Positions 10,357 through 22,867 are shown, numbered from the stretch's first letter. The stretch: DNA of 64,000 bases from Pristiophorus japonicus (GCF_044704955.1 NC_091996.1:57350001-57414000), one strand, 5' to 3'. Numbers and translations: made by a program. The notes: generated from the letters alone by a model not told the origin.

Positions 10357-13300
10357 TGGTCACGACTGCCGTTGATATTTGAGAGAGATTTGTCGAGGAT
10401 GATTATTGGGAAGCCTTCGTTGAGCGTCTTGACCAGTACTTCGTGGCCAACAAGCTGGATGGGGACGATAAAGCAATCAAGCGCAGGGCGATTCTCCTCA
10501 CTGTGTGTGGGTCCACAATATACGGCCTCATCAAGAATCTTCTAGCACGGAGAAACCAGCGGAGAAGACATATACAGAGTTGGGTACGCTGTTCGGAACC
10601 ACCTCAAGCCGAAAGAAAGCGTCTTAATGGCCAGGTATCGCTTCTACACGCACCACCGCTCCGAGGACCAGGACGTGGCGAGATATGTCGCCGACGTGAG
10701 ACACCTTGCGGGAACTTGCAAATTTGCTGAATTTTTGGGGGAAATGTTGCAAGACTTTTTTGTGCTTGGCATCGGCTACGAGGTCATTCTTCACAAGCTG
10801 CTGTCTGCCGAATCCCTAGACCTGAGCAAGGCCATCACGATAGCCCAGGCATTCATATCCACGAGCGATAATACCAGGCAGATATCTTCCCAGCATCGAA
10901 GCTCACCGGCAAGTAATGTGCATAAAATAACGTCGCTAGCAGGCAGAACTGCATATTGGCAGGGACTAAACGTCTGCAGCTGCAAGACCTAGGATAACTG
11001 AGAGTCTGCCAACGGGCATGAATGCAAATCCTTAAGCACCATGTTGGCGCTGTGGGAGTAATCATCGAGCCCATCAATGTCAATTCAAGCACTACATGTG
11101 CAAAGGCTGCGAAACAATGGGGCACCTCCAGCGAATGTGCAAGAGTGCTGCGACTCACCACGTGGCAGAGTCGGCAGAGGATGATCGATCTGGCGTGGAT
11201 CACGCAGAACAAACAAGAGTGGCAACTCAACCTGAGGAAGAAGTGTATGGGGTACACACCTTCACCACCAAGAGCCCTTCTGTCATGCTGAAAGTCAAAG
11301 TGAACGGCATTCCTGGATCAATGGAGTTGGACACGGGGGCGAGTCAGTCAATTATGAGCCAGAAGGCTTTTGAGAAACTGTGGGGCAACAAGGCACAAAG
11401 GCCCAAACTGAGCCTGATTCAGAAAGCTGTGCACCTACACCATAGAGCTCATACCAGGCATTGGCAGTGCGGCAGTTAAGGTATCGTACGATGGTGCTGT
11501 GCATGATTTATCACTGTGGATTGTACCAGGTGATGGGCGAACGCTATTCGGCAGAAGCTGGCTGGGAAAGATTCGATGGAACTGGGATGATATCAAAGCA
11601 CTATCTTCAGTGGATGATGCCTCATGCGCCCAAGTGCTGAGCAAGTTTCCGTCGCTATTTGAATCAGGCATCGGCAACTTCACAGGCGCCAAGGTGCAGA
11701 TCCATCTAGTCCCCGATGCAAGGCCCGTTCATCACAAGGCTCGAGCGGTTCCATATATGATGAGGGAGAAAGTCGAGATCGAACTGGACAAATTTCAACG
11801 AGAGGGAATCGTATCACCAGTCGAGATCAACGAGTGGGCCAGTCCGATTGTTCCTGTGTTGAAAAGTGATGGCACGTCAGAATCTGCGGAGACTACAAGG
11901 TAACGATCAACCGAGTCTCGCTTCAAGACCAGTACCCGCTACCCAAGGAGGATGATCTGTTCGCAATGTTAGGGGGCGTGGTGGGGGGGGGGAAGTCGTT
12001 CACCAAGTTGGACCTAACCTCAGCCTACAAGACACAGGAGCTGGCTGAATCTTCGAAAAGATTGACGTGCATCAACACGCACAAAGGACTGTTTATATAC
12101 CACAGGTGCCCTTTTGGGGATTCGCTCAGCTGCTGCTATCTTCCAGAGGAACATGGAGAGTCTGCTGAAATCGGTTCCTTGCACCGTTGTGTTTCAAGAC
12201 GACATCCTGATCACCGGTCGTGGCACCACCAAACACCTGCACAACCTGAAAGGGGTTCTAAGTCGACTAGACAGAGTGGGACTCAGGCTGAAACGCTCCA
12301 AGTGTGTTTTCCTGGCGCCAGAATTTTTGGGGAGAAAGATTGCGGCAGACGGCATCAGACCCACGGACTCAAAGACAGAGGCCATCAAGAATGCACCCAG
12401 ACCACAGAATGTGACAGAGCTGCGTTCGTTCCTGGGACTCCTCAACTATTTTGGTAACTTTCTACCCGCGTTAAGCACTTTGCTGGAACCATTGCACATG
12501 TTGCTACGCAAGGGGGACGACTGGGTTTGGGGTAAATCTCAAGAGACAGCCTTTGAGAACGCCAGAAACCTACTTTGTTCTAATAAGTTACTTGTACTGT
12601 GTGACCCGTGTAAACAATTAGTGCCAGCTTGTGATGCATCTTCATACGGGGTCGGCTGTGTGTTACAGCAAAGCAATGTATCGGGCAAACTTCAACTGGT
12701 TGCATATGCGTCTAGAAGTCTGTCTAAGGCTGAAAGAGCTTACAGTATGGTCGAGAAAGAGGCGTTAGCATGTGTATACAGGGTTAAGAAAATGCACCTA
12801 TACCTATTTGAACTTCAGTTTGAGCTTGAAACCGACCACAAACCGCTCATTTCGCTGTTTTCAGAAAGCAAAGGTATAAACACCAATGTTTCGTCCCGCA
12901 TCCAAAGATGGGCACTAACATTGCCTATGACTATGATTATGTTATCAGCCACAGACCAGGCAGGGAGAACTGTGCTGATGCCCTCAGTCGGCTACCATTG
13001 CCCACTATCGGGGTGGAAATGGCACAGACTTGCTTCTGGTCATGGATGCTTTTGAGAGCGAGGGGTCACCCGTCACTGCTCGTCAGATCAGGACCTGGAC
13101 TAGCCAGGATCCTGTGCTATCACTTGTAAAAAGCTGCGTCCTCAATGGGAGCTGGTCGGCCGTTCCCGGGGAAATGCAGGATGAAATTAAGCTGTTTCAC
13201 CGACGCAAAGATGAAATGTCCATTCAGTCGGATTGTCTCTTATGGGATAATCATGTGATTTTGCCAAAAAAAGGCAGGGAAACATTTATACGTGACCTAC

Positions 13301-14776
13301 ACAAGTTTTTAAATTCTGATGGGATTGGACAGGTTAGATGCAGGAAGAATGTTCCCGATGTTGGGGAAGTCCAGAACCAGGAGTCAGGATAAGGGGTAAG
13401 CCATCTAGGACCGAGATGAGGAGAAACTTTTTCACCCAGAGAATTGTGAACCTATGGAATTCTCTACCACAGAAACTTGTTGAGTCCAGTTCATTGGATA
13501 TATTCAAAAGGGAGTTAGATGTGGCCCTTATGGCTAAAAGGATCAGGGGGTATGGAGAGAAGTCAGGAGTGGGGTACTGAAGTTGCATGATCAGCCATGA
13601 TCATATTGAATGGTGGTGCAAACTCGAAGGGCCGAATGTCCTGCTCCTGCACCTATTTTCTATGTTTCTATGTTTCTATGTTTCTATACTCACCCAGGCA
13701 TAGTCATGATGAAGGCTATAGCCAGGTCGCATGTTTGGTGGTCTGTCATTGAATCGGACTTAGAGCCATGCATACACCAGTACAACACGTGCTCACAGTT
13801 GAGCAATGCACCAAGGGAGACTCCATTGAGTCTGTGGTCATGGCCCTCCAAACCGTGGTCCAGGATCCACGTAGATTTTGCTGGCCCCTTTCTTGGAAAG
13901 ATGTTTTTAGTTGTAGTGGATGCTTACTCTAAAATGGATTGAATGCGTAATCATGTCACCCAGCACATCCACTGCCACCATTGAAAGCCTCCGGGCTAGG
14001 TTCGCCACCCATGGCTTGCCCGATGTCCTTGTCTGTGACAATAGACCGTGTTTCACCAGCTCGTAATTCAACGCGCTTATGACCCGCAATGGCATCAAGC
14101 ATGTAGGTCTGCCCCGTTTAAACCCACATCCAACGGTCAAGCGGAACGGGCAGTTCAAACTATCAAGCAGAGTTTGACGGGAGGCTCCTTGCAGACCCGT
14201 TTATCTCGGGTTCTGCTCAGCTACCAGATGCGACCCCACTCGCTCACTGGGGTACCCCCTGCAGAATTGTTAATGAAGAGAGCACTCAAAACCAAGCTCT
14301 CCCTAGTCCACCCAGATCTAAATGATCACGTGAAACCCGGCGTCATCGGCAAAACATGTACCACGATCGCGCGGCTGTATCGCGTGACATTGATGTCAAC
14401 GACCCTGTGTTTGTCCTGAATTACAGTCATGGTCCTAAATGGGTCGCAGGCACTGTCTTGGCCAAGGAGGGGAATAGAGTGTTTATAGTCAAACTATTGA
14501 ACGGACAAACGTGCAGAATGCATTTGGATCAGACCAAACTGCGGTTCACTGACAACCAGGAACAACCTGAACATCACCATCATCGATCCACCAACACACG
14601 CCCAACCAACAATTGAGCTCGCTATCAATCAAGAGGATGAACCCACCATTCCCAATAGTCCTATCAGACCAGCCGCGCCGCAGATCAGCAATGGTCCGAC
14701 TAACTCACCCATGCCAGAGTTTAAACTCAGATGATCAACCAGGGCACATAGGGCCCCAGATCATCTCAACTTGTAA
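10357..14776 (+). pseudogene. pol: Gypsy gag-pol pseudogene
   Basis: PR 'MELDTGAS'; RT 'KLDLTSAY' and 'VFQDDILI'; RNase H 'ACDASSYGVG' and 'ETDHKPL'; IN 'HPGIVMMK', 'PWSRIHVDFAGP', 'SNGQAERAVQ'; many frameshifts. Confidence 0.92.
13304..13686 (+). mobile_element. 5'-truncated CR1/HER1 copy inserted in the Gypsy integrase region
   Basis: 'RTEMRRNFFTQRIVNLWNSLPQK' and a (TTTCTATG)n tail; splits 'RDLH|THPG'. Confidence 0.92.
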
Positions 14777-15939
14777 ATAATTTGTATCAAAAACTTTGGG
14801 TGGGAGTGATATTATGTATGTAAATATTGTAGCTGTGAAAGACTTGCCACCAGAGGGCGCAACTGTTGGAGGTCCAAGGGTCACCTGCACACCTCGTGCA
14901 AGGGAGTATAAAAGGTTATCTGCTATGCTGCTTAGTCTCTTTAATACAAATCCAGAGTGCCTAAGGTCATATCAGTTTTAGCTCACAGTACTCAGTCTTG
15001 TGGAGTTTTTCCATACTTAACAATTGTGTGCAGTTTTGGTATCCTTACCTAAGAAAGGATATACTTGCCATAAAGGGAGTGCAGCAATGGTTCACCAGAA
15101 TGATTCTTGGGATGGCAGAACTATCTTATGAGGAGAGATTGGGTCGACTAAGCCTGTAATCAATAGAGTTTAGAAGAACGAGAGGGGATCTCATTGAAAC
15201 GTATAAAATTCTGACTCGGTTGGACATACTGGATGCGGGAAGGATGTTTCTCCTGGCTGGGAAGTCTAGAACAAGGGGTCACAGTCTCAGGATATGGGGT
15301 AGGAAATTTAGGATTGAGATAAGGAGAAATTTCTTCACTTAGGAGGGTGGTGAACCTATGGAATTCTCTACCACAGAAGGCTGTGGAGGTCAAGTCACTG
15401 AATATATTTAAGAAGATAGATAGATTTCTAGACACAAAAGGCATCCAGGACTATGGGGAGAAAGCGGGAATATGGTGTTGAGATAGAGGAACCACCATGA
15501 TATTGAATGGCGGTGCGGGCTCGAAGGGCCAAATGGCCTACTACTGCTCCTATTTTTTGTTTCTATGTTTCACCACTTAGACATTGAACAGATCGGCTGC
15601 CTCACCCTGTACATGGGTTGTCTTTGGTTTTCTGTTAATCTGACTCCAGGAAGCAGAGGAGTAGTATGTCCGATACCTTCACGTGCAGGATTCAACAGCA
15701 GGCCTGTCAATTAGACCAACTACCTCCTTTCCCAAGAATATTCCACCCATAGACTCCTCGTGCCAACCCCAAACGAATAGGATCATCCTGAACACAATGG
15801 TGGGAGGGGGAATATTTGTTGGCCACTTTTCCTTTCCTTTGGGACCTAATTCGGGTATCTACAGCAACAGCGTGTTTTTACTTCGGACCGCTCGCCATTT
15901 CTTGGTTATTCGAGTAGTTTTATGACTCTTTGAGCAATA

Positions 15940-16255
15940 CAGGCCAGGAAGGCTCCAGGTTCATACCCCAGCCGGTGCTGAGTTAGCTGATCGCAGGCTC
16001 TACACTTGGCCATCGGCCTTGAAGAGAGAATAAGCCATGGTTCCCACTCCTTGCCCCTGCTTGGAGTCTGCACGTGTGGCACTGGCCGAGAGCAGGATCA
16101 GGCTCAGCTGTGATATCCTCCACAATTGGATAGTCTTCCCGCACCTAATGTGAAAGTTCACACATACATAGTGGCTATCTGGGCAAGATACTGGAGGATG
16201 GCCGAAACCCTTGGAGCCATACCTCAGTGAGGGAGCCGATACCTTAAGGAGAAGG
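15940..16255 (+). mobile_element. Old tRNA-derived SINE, LF-SINE-like
   Basis: 'ccaggaagg..ccaggttca...gtgctgagttagctgatc' head; a similar element lies at 39020-39760. Confidence 0.45.
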
Positions 16256-16339
16256 GAGACAACCCAAGGAGAAAATAAGTGGTGGCTTGTTAGTTCAATA
16301 TCCTTTGACAGGATGGAGCTAAAAAAAAAAAATTAAACT

Positions 16340-17900
16340 GCCAAATCTTTGCAATTCAAGTTTTTACATGATGCTTCGAGTTACTGGAGGTCATCTCACA
16401 GAATGGCATAAGGCTTGTGCAAATTGGAAATAAATCAAAATTTAAGCAATAAACAAAATAACTCAGGGAACTTGGGAACAGCTAGATTAATCCAAGCTTG
16501 AACCTTGAATTCAATCACAGGATGACACAGTAGTAAATAACTGAGGGCCTAAACCCACGACACAGATGGAATGATTAGTCCACGCACGCACACAGTCACC
16601 TCATCCAGCATCACCCAGGGAGCACTAACTTCATTATTGTGTGCGTCCCAATTACTAGCACAAAACCACAATATAAGATGGACAACGTGGGAGTGCCAGA
16701 TTCCAGGCTCTTTGCCAACCAATTATAACCAAACTAATTGACTAACAGCAGCAAAATATGGAGATAAAATTCTTGGGGGAGGCTAGCATTGGACGTGGCA
16801 GCCAGCCAACCAGCTTGCTTAACAAAGTAGTCCATAATTGTTGCAATTGGACGTAGATCTGAACTGAACTGAAGTACTGAAATAACATTTTCTTCCTGTT
16901 TTTTTTTTAAAGAATGATGGTGCACATGTGGAAACAAGGGAATTCCAGTCTGGTTGGCTCATTATACTTGCACGCCTCTATTTTTTAATATCTTTATCAG
17001 CACAACTCCTCCGCTTTCTGAGTGACTGGCTCATGAGTGGCTTCTGTCTGGGGGGTGAAACAATAACATTTTTTTTTTATAACTCATTGACGATAAAAGT
17101 ACATTAGTGCTATGTGTTGAAGCTAAATAATTGCTCCCTTTTGGAATTGATCATGCTATTGGAGTATCAACAGCCACCATTTTACAAAATAATTGGGTAT
17201 GGAGATATTCTTGAAACAGAGCAAGTTCGTAGAGCACTGCCGTTGCCTGACTTACCATCATCTGCCAATTCAACCAGGATGTTTCCATAATTTACTGTCA
17301 AAATCCAGATAAGCCAAAAGTGTGTTCACAACCTGTGTATAAGGGATACCTCTTCTTTTCTGTTAACTCTGACTCCAGAAGCAGAGGGATGGTATGTTTG
17401 ATACTTTCATGTGCAGGGATTCAACAGCAGGCCTGTCAATCAGACTAACTAGTTCCTCCCCCAGGACTATACCATCCACAGACTCCTCATGCCATCCCCA
17501 AACGAATTGGATCATCCTGAGCACCATGTGTTGGGGAGAATATTTGCTGGACACCTGACACAAAATGACAAAATGCTTGATGTCCCTGTTTATCCTCACT
17601 AATAGGCCCGGGATGAGACGATGGAATAGATTTTCACATTTTCACCCAGGAACTTGAATTACCAATCTGGCGGTTTCTATAGTGAGTGTCCAAGCCGCAA
17701 TGCCAGTTTTATGCCGGGGCAGTTGAAAATCTACCCCAATAGATCCTCGTTCTATTAGTATGAAGTACACCATGAGATGTGACATCATGCTGAATGCATC
17801 ATCCAACTTTGATACATATTCTTCAATGCCTCCAGCTGTAGGATGATGGCTTCATCCTGGATTAATTTGTAGCAGGCAAGAACAATTAGTTAACATTACC
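16340..17900 (+). pseudogene. Possible highly decayed retroviral env-like glycoprotein remnant
   Basis: Frameshifted reading gives Cys-rich pieces with N-glycosylation sequons ('ICQFNQDVSIIYCQNPDKPKVCSQP', 'NQT'); a partial paralog lies at 15575-15830. No homology search was done. Confidence 0.3.
17623..17737. mobile_element. Small Harbinger-type MITE
   Basis: TIR tagattttca...tgaaaatcta(cccc). Confidence 0.55.
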
Positions 17901-18051
17901 GCCCAATTCTCAGAGTTCAACACTGAAAAATAATGACAAGCCACCAATAAATACAATTCCCACTGTGCATGGCAGCCTTTACTGAGTCTGATCAACATTA
18001 CACCTATCAGTCTGTCTCTTGAGCTGCTAAGCTACGTTATAGTTACCAGTT

Positions 18052-18259
18052 CCTCAGTTCCCTGCGTGCTCACGCTCATCCCAGTGGTCTGCTGATGTGT
18101 CATGATGTGAGTCTTCTGATGACTGACCGGGCCACCCTTCCTTGATGGCAGCCTTGTTCCTACTCAGCTTTGCTGATTCTCTGCCTCAGTTTCCCTGCAC
18201 ACTCAGGCTCGACCCAGTGGTCTGACGGATTCATGGAGCACAACTTCTGATGACTGACC
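18052..18259. repeat. Two diverged ~76-bp direct repeats (18052-18128, 18185-18259)
   Basis: cctcagtt(t)ccctgc...cccagtggtctg...cttctgatgactgacc occurs twice. Confidence 0.75.
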
Positions 18260-18261
18260 AG

Positions 18262-19245
18262 TGTAAGTGGTTTCCCTTAGGTGTTTTCGAAGCAACCCCA
18301 CTTTATAATAGTTCTAGAGCTGGGAGTGATTACTGTACTGAACAAATGAATGAGTCATGAACGAACACCTTGGTCTGAAGCAGCAATGCTTTTATTAAAG
18401 TTAAAGCACACACACCTGCACCCAGTAAAACCACACACACCCTTCTGTATAAAACAAACAAATGCAATACAATACACAGTTTGGCCCGTCTAAACAGGCC
18501 CCTAATGCAAAGTACCCACGTCTAACACCTCCCCTGAAAACCCATAAGAATTTGGTTGGGATAACACATGATAGCCACGGTCTGAGGGAGTGTGATCTTA
18601 AAAGATGTGTGTGCAGAGATGATGCTCACCGATTCGCTGGCTTACTCGCTGCTTCTTCTGATGAAAAGCTGTCTCTTCTGGTTTCTTCTCTCCGTCCCAT
18701 ACGGAGCGTTGGATTCTTGTAGAGGCGAAGCAGCGAGGCAAGAGAGAGAGCTGTGTCCACATGGCCTTCTTTTATACCCCCATACTGTCTGCCCCTTTCA
18801 GCCCGAATAAAGTTTTGAGGCTTCCTGTGGGTGTGCCTTCTTTTTGGCTCAATAAAGTTTTCTTCCTTTGTTTCGAGGTTTCCTGTTTTTTGAGTGATGG
18901 GTTTCACTTCCGAGCCGTCTGGGCTTAATGGCTTTCTGTTGTTGTGGTATCTCATCCAGGTAATGGCTCGATCACTGATCAGTTCACTTGATGAATTCAC
19001 ATTGCTTAACAAATGAACCCTTCATTTTCTCATCACCTGCGATGAATTGCTTTATCTTGGCCATTATCTTCCCAGACTCCCTGCCCATCATTCCAAATCC
19101 AACATGAAGAAGTACCTGGGCCCCTCCCACAAACGGCTTCCAGTTTTTTACTGCAGTGAGAAATTAAAATGCAAGGTCCAGATAACAAAAAAATCCTTGG
19201 GGATTAAAACGCAATGTCCAGATCCTAGGGGTGTCGATCCTTACA
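18262..19245 (-). mobile_element. Long solo LTR (~984 bp), endogenous-retrovirus-like
   Basis: Termini TGTAAG...CTTACA; flanks CCAG/ACAG; minus-strand TATAAAA at 18770-18776 and AATAAA at 18391-18396. Confidence 0.65.
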
Positions 19246-20430
19246 ACAGGTCACTCGTTTCTGACTACTGCGGGCTGCTGTTCCGTGGTCTGTGAGATTT
19301 GTCCTTGCCTTTTCTTAGGTGTTGTATCCTTAGGTACCTGCCACCCATTGAATCCTTCCTTTGATCCATCAATGATCTATCTTCTTTGAGCACGCATGTA
19401 GCACTTTGTAAAACTGGTCTATTTACTATAGTCTAGCGCTATCATGGACCTCATTTTGTTCAGTATCGTTTTTTTACATTTCTACAAAGGTTTAGTCAGC
19501 ATCGATATTTACATGTCTACAAAATATTTCCTACAGTAGTATCACTTCCATTGTGTTTTGGTTTATTTTCTGATTACAGTTTATGTGGTTTTACATTTCT
19601 ACAAAAGGTTTGCCAACAGTCACTATTGCTTGTATTGTGTTGGTGTTTCTAGCACAGATTAACATGAAGCATTTTAACCAGAAGTCTCCAGGAGTTCTTA
19701 CATATTACAGGAAGTCAGTATTTACAGCTTTCTTATTTTACATTAAGCATTTTATACAGAATGTTTAAAAAGATTAATCACGGAATTCGATTTCATGGGC
19801 CTTACTCTGGATGCTTTATACAAAAGTTTTCTTTTGAAAGTTATTACTGATTTTCAAACGGGTGACGTTTTCAAGCCCTACACAGCCACTTTGTCAAACC
19901 TATGTGAATTCACTTTGTTTTAACATGCAACACAACCATTAAACATAATTCAATCCCAACATCCTTTCCATGAAGGAAAAAAAGAGATCAAAAATGCCAA
20001 AATGTGCCGGTTACTTTTCAAACTCTAGATTGACTAATGGATCTCAATTTTCCTTTTTTCTACATTCCTGTCTGTCATGTACTTGCTTCATGGGTTCTTT
20101 GCTCAAGAATTCATAGCAACACATTGCTATTAAGAACTAGTTGATTTATTAACAAAGGTTCATCAATCACACTACACATTACTATTCATCCACTGGGCTC
20201 ATACCTAACTGCATACCTCATCGTGGATGACCTAGGGAATCTAACTGACTTGGGTTTTATTGAGTCTTGTGAACATCAAGTGACTGGTTAAGCCATTCAC
20301 AATGCAACAGCTCTACAACTATTTTGTTGCGTCTGTAAATCTGTAAATCAAAACGTAAATCAAAGGCCTCATTATTAAAGGGGCACAAAAATCGACAATT
20401 TGAACAAATTAAACTTTAACCTTAAAATGG

Positions 20431-20738
20431 TCAAATTAAAATTTGGTTGACGGGGGTGATGACACGCTCCAGTCCCTCCGGCACCCACCTCTCCGGAAGG
20501 CCGCAAGCGTATATGGGCCAGCAAGATAGCCACCTGACAAGAAATGGCAGTGAGGTGGCTCATGCGGACCTCTCCTTGGCAGTCCAGGAGCCACGTGGCC
20601 TTGTCTCCCGGAACGGTGTGGATTTCTTGCAGGAAGCACACCACGTATTAGCCCTGCCGTCGGAGCGAAAAACGTGTTAAATCTACGGTGTGCCTCTCTG
20701 TCGCCGTTGATGTTGAGGCTGGCTATGGTTATCTCCAT
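20431..20738 (-). pseudogene. Tx1-like ORF2 remnant (APE start fused to the C-terminus)
   Basis: Deletion junction near 20515; no RT motifs. Confidence 0.8.
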
Positions 20739-20759
20739 GATAAGAGCATAGTGCAATCT

Positions 20760-22867
20760 CTACCTTATACTACGTGGGGAGGAAGCGGAGTCGTGCGATG
20801 ACCTCCACTCCCTCAGCAATCCAGTGAGGAACATTTTGAGCCAGAGCAGCTCAAGATTGTATTTTTTTGGTAAGGTCCTGTCCGTTCCCATGGTTTTGAT
20901 GGCGGCGCGGACGGATTTGATGAGCTGCGCCGGCTCAGACTATTTGTCCAGGGCCAGCTGGGCTCTATTGCAGCGACCATGGCATTCCGCCAAAAAGTCC
21001 CAGAGTTCCTTGACAGGAATGAGGGTGGACTCAGCGGCAGGCACGAGGAGATCCATCGCCTCGCTGGCGATGGGATCTAAATCCTCTCCCACGCCTAGAC
21101 CGAGTCCCCGTCCTCCTCCGGGAGATTGCCACCAGCGGCCAGTCTGTCGACCACATGGGGTACGGTGAATGGCCCAGCCACACCATCCGGCCCTACGTCT
21201 GTCACGATCCCACCCCCGGGATTGTCGGCAGAGGAGTCCCCCCCTGGGCACCTCCTAGGATGCCGGGTTGGGAGACCCCCTCCACCTCAGGCACCGGTGA
21301 GCACGGAGAAACCGGGCCCAAAAACATTTCCAGTTCCTCCAAGTCCCCCAGCGCCAACGTCAGGGACAGAGATTAGGATTCCTCACCTTCCACGCCACCA
21401 CCACCCACCCCGCACCGCCCCCCCCTCCCCCCCACTGGCCCAGTGGGTGGAGGTACTTGAAATTCATTTTCTGCCTGGTCGAGCAGATCCCAGGGGATGT
21501 TGAGGTTAGACTGGGTGGGCTCAGTCTCGGCCTCGCCCGCCTCAGTCCCCAGGACGCTCGACCCAGCGGCGATACTTTCTTTTTGTGGCCCGGCAGCCCC
21601 CACAACAGGCAGGTCTTTTTCCCCATCCCCAGGAGGCTCAGGCTGGGCAGCCTCGGCTGTCTCACCGTCCCAAGGGATAGACTCCCCCTGCCTTCGGCGC
21701 ACATTGGGAGTGCTGGTGGGGGTCGCGGGACACTCGCCGGGCACCAACTCCTCCATGGAGGGATCTTTGTCATCCTCCACTTCCCCGGAGTGGTGCCTCC
21801 TTTTTTCATCTGGATGGACGCTGAGGTAGAGAGACCCCCATGTCTGCCGAGGACTCCACCTCCGCCCCCTACTTCTGGGTGTCTTGCCTGCGCCTGAGCC
21901 CGACTGCGGGTATCGTACCATTCGCAGAAGCAGGTGTGGTCAAGGGGTCAGGCTTGGGCCTGGGATGCCCCGCACTCGCCAGTTATAATATGGGGCCGAG
22001 CGCAGTGTTGGGGATGTCTGGCACACTGAGGGGACTCGCATGCTGGTGTTTGGCTTTCCTCCGCGCGTTCCTTCTGCGCAGATGCTCTCCCTCCACCCCC
22101 ACCGGAGGCCGTGATGGACAATGGCTCCCGACGATGCCCGCGCATCTACGGCTCCCGACACGTGGATGGTGATAGGGGGAGGAGTGGCAGCAGCAGCAGC
22201 CTCAGCCGCTTTAGGTGTTTTAGCGGCCTTGGAGGCGGGGCAGTTCTTGCAGACATGCCCCACCTCCTTACAGGCATGGCACCACACGCCATCCGATGTC
22301 CAGAAGATGCAGTAGGCTGTCCCCTCGTGGACCACGTCGAATCTTCCTTCTGTTACCTCCTCCCAGACCAGCTGGATGAAAAACTGGCGCTGGAAGAAGA
22401 ACATATGATGGAGGCCTGAAGCCGAACAGAATGGGATTAAACTCTGACCTCTCCTCTCCCAGTTGATATAGGTGGGGGAGGAGGAGCTCACTGGGAACAA
22501 AGGGCGGGACGTTGGATATAACTAGTCTCTATGCGGTGGCCTCGAGGGGATCCACCGGCAGGAAGGTCCCGCCCACCATGAGCCCCTTACTAAGGGCGAG
22601 GGACACCGCGCGCTCCGACTCCAGGAAGGACACAGCCTTCCCATACATTTTAGAGGCGGCGACAATGGCCGAGGGGCCGACGACCCCAGCCATTGCTCTC
22701 ATGCACTCCTCAATATCCATGTTGGGGTGAGTGTAGCTCTTGACCCTGTTCCTTTTGGTTAAAAGTTTGAATGGTGGCAGGGCAGCAGGAGGAACAGCAG
22801 ACGCCGTGGCCGCCACTTGCGTATAGGTCTTTGCTGGCCCCGCCACCGGCGAAGATGAACTCGCCAT
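20760..22867 (-). pseudogene. Tx1-like ORF1 (CCHC zinc-knuckle nucleic-acid-binding protein), frameshifted
   Basis: 'IEECMRAMAGVVGPSAIVAASKMYGKAVSFL' is the typical Tx1 ORF1 N-terminus; CX2CX4HX4C motif present. Confidence 0.85.

Larger units (their letters stand above)
10122..15022 (+). mobile_element. Full-length Gypsy LTR retrotransposon, degenerate
   Basis: LTRs 10122-10322 and 14810-15022; TSD ATCGT/ATTGT; PBS TGGCGATGAG at 10325; PPT at ~14798-14807; domain order gag-PR-RT-RH-IN. Confidence 0.93.
10050..15571 (+). mobile_element. CR1 LINE 3' fragment (10050-10121 + 15023-15571) interrupted by a Gypsy element
   Basis: '...LRPHLEY|CVQFW.PYLRKDI' is continuous across the LTR element; CR1 tail ends 'tttctatgtttc'. 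Confidence 0.88.

Noticed and set aside
15680-15690. In-frame TGA on the minus strand as a possible selenocysteine codon
   Set aside because: The paralogous copy has an indel here and no SECIS was recognised; more likely decay.
18110-18260. CTGATGA motifs as hammerhead cores or C/D boxes
   Set aside because: No stem II plus GAAA follows, and the C-to-D spacing is too short for a snoRNA.
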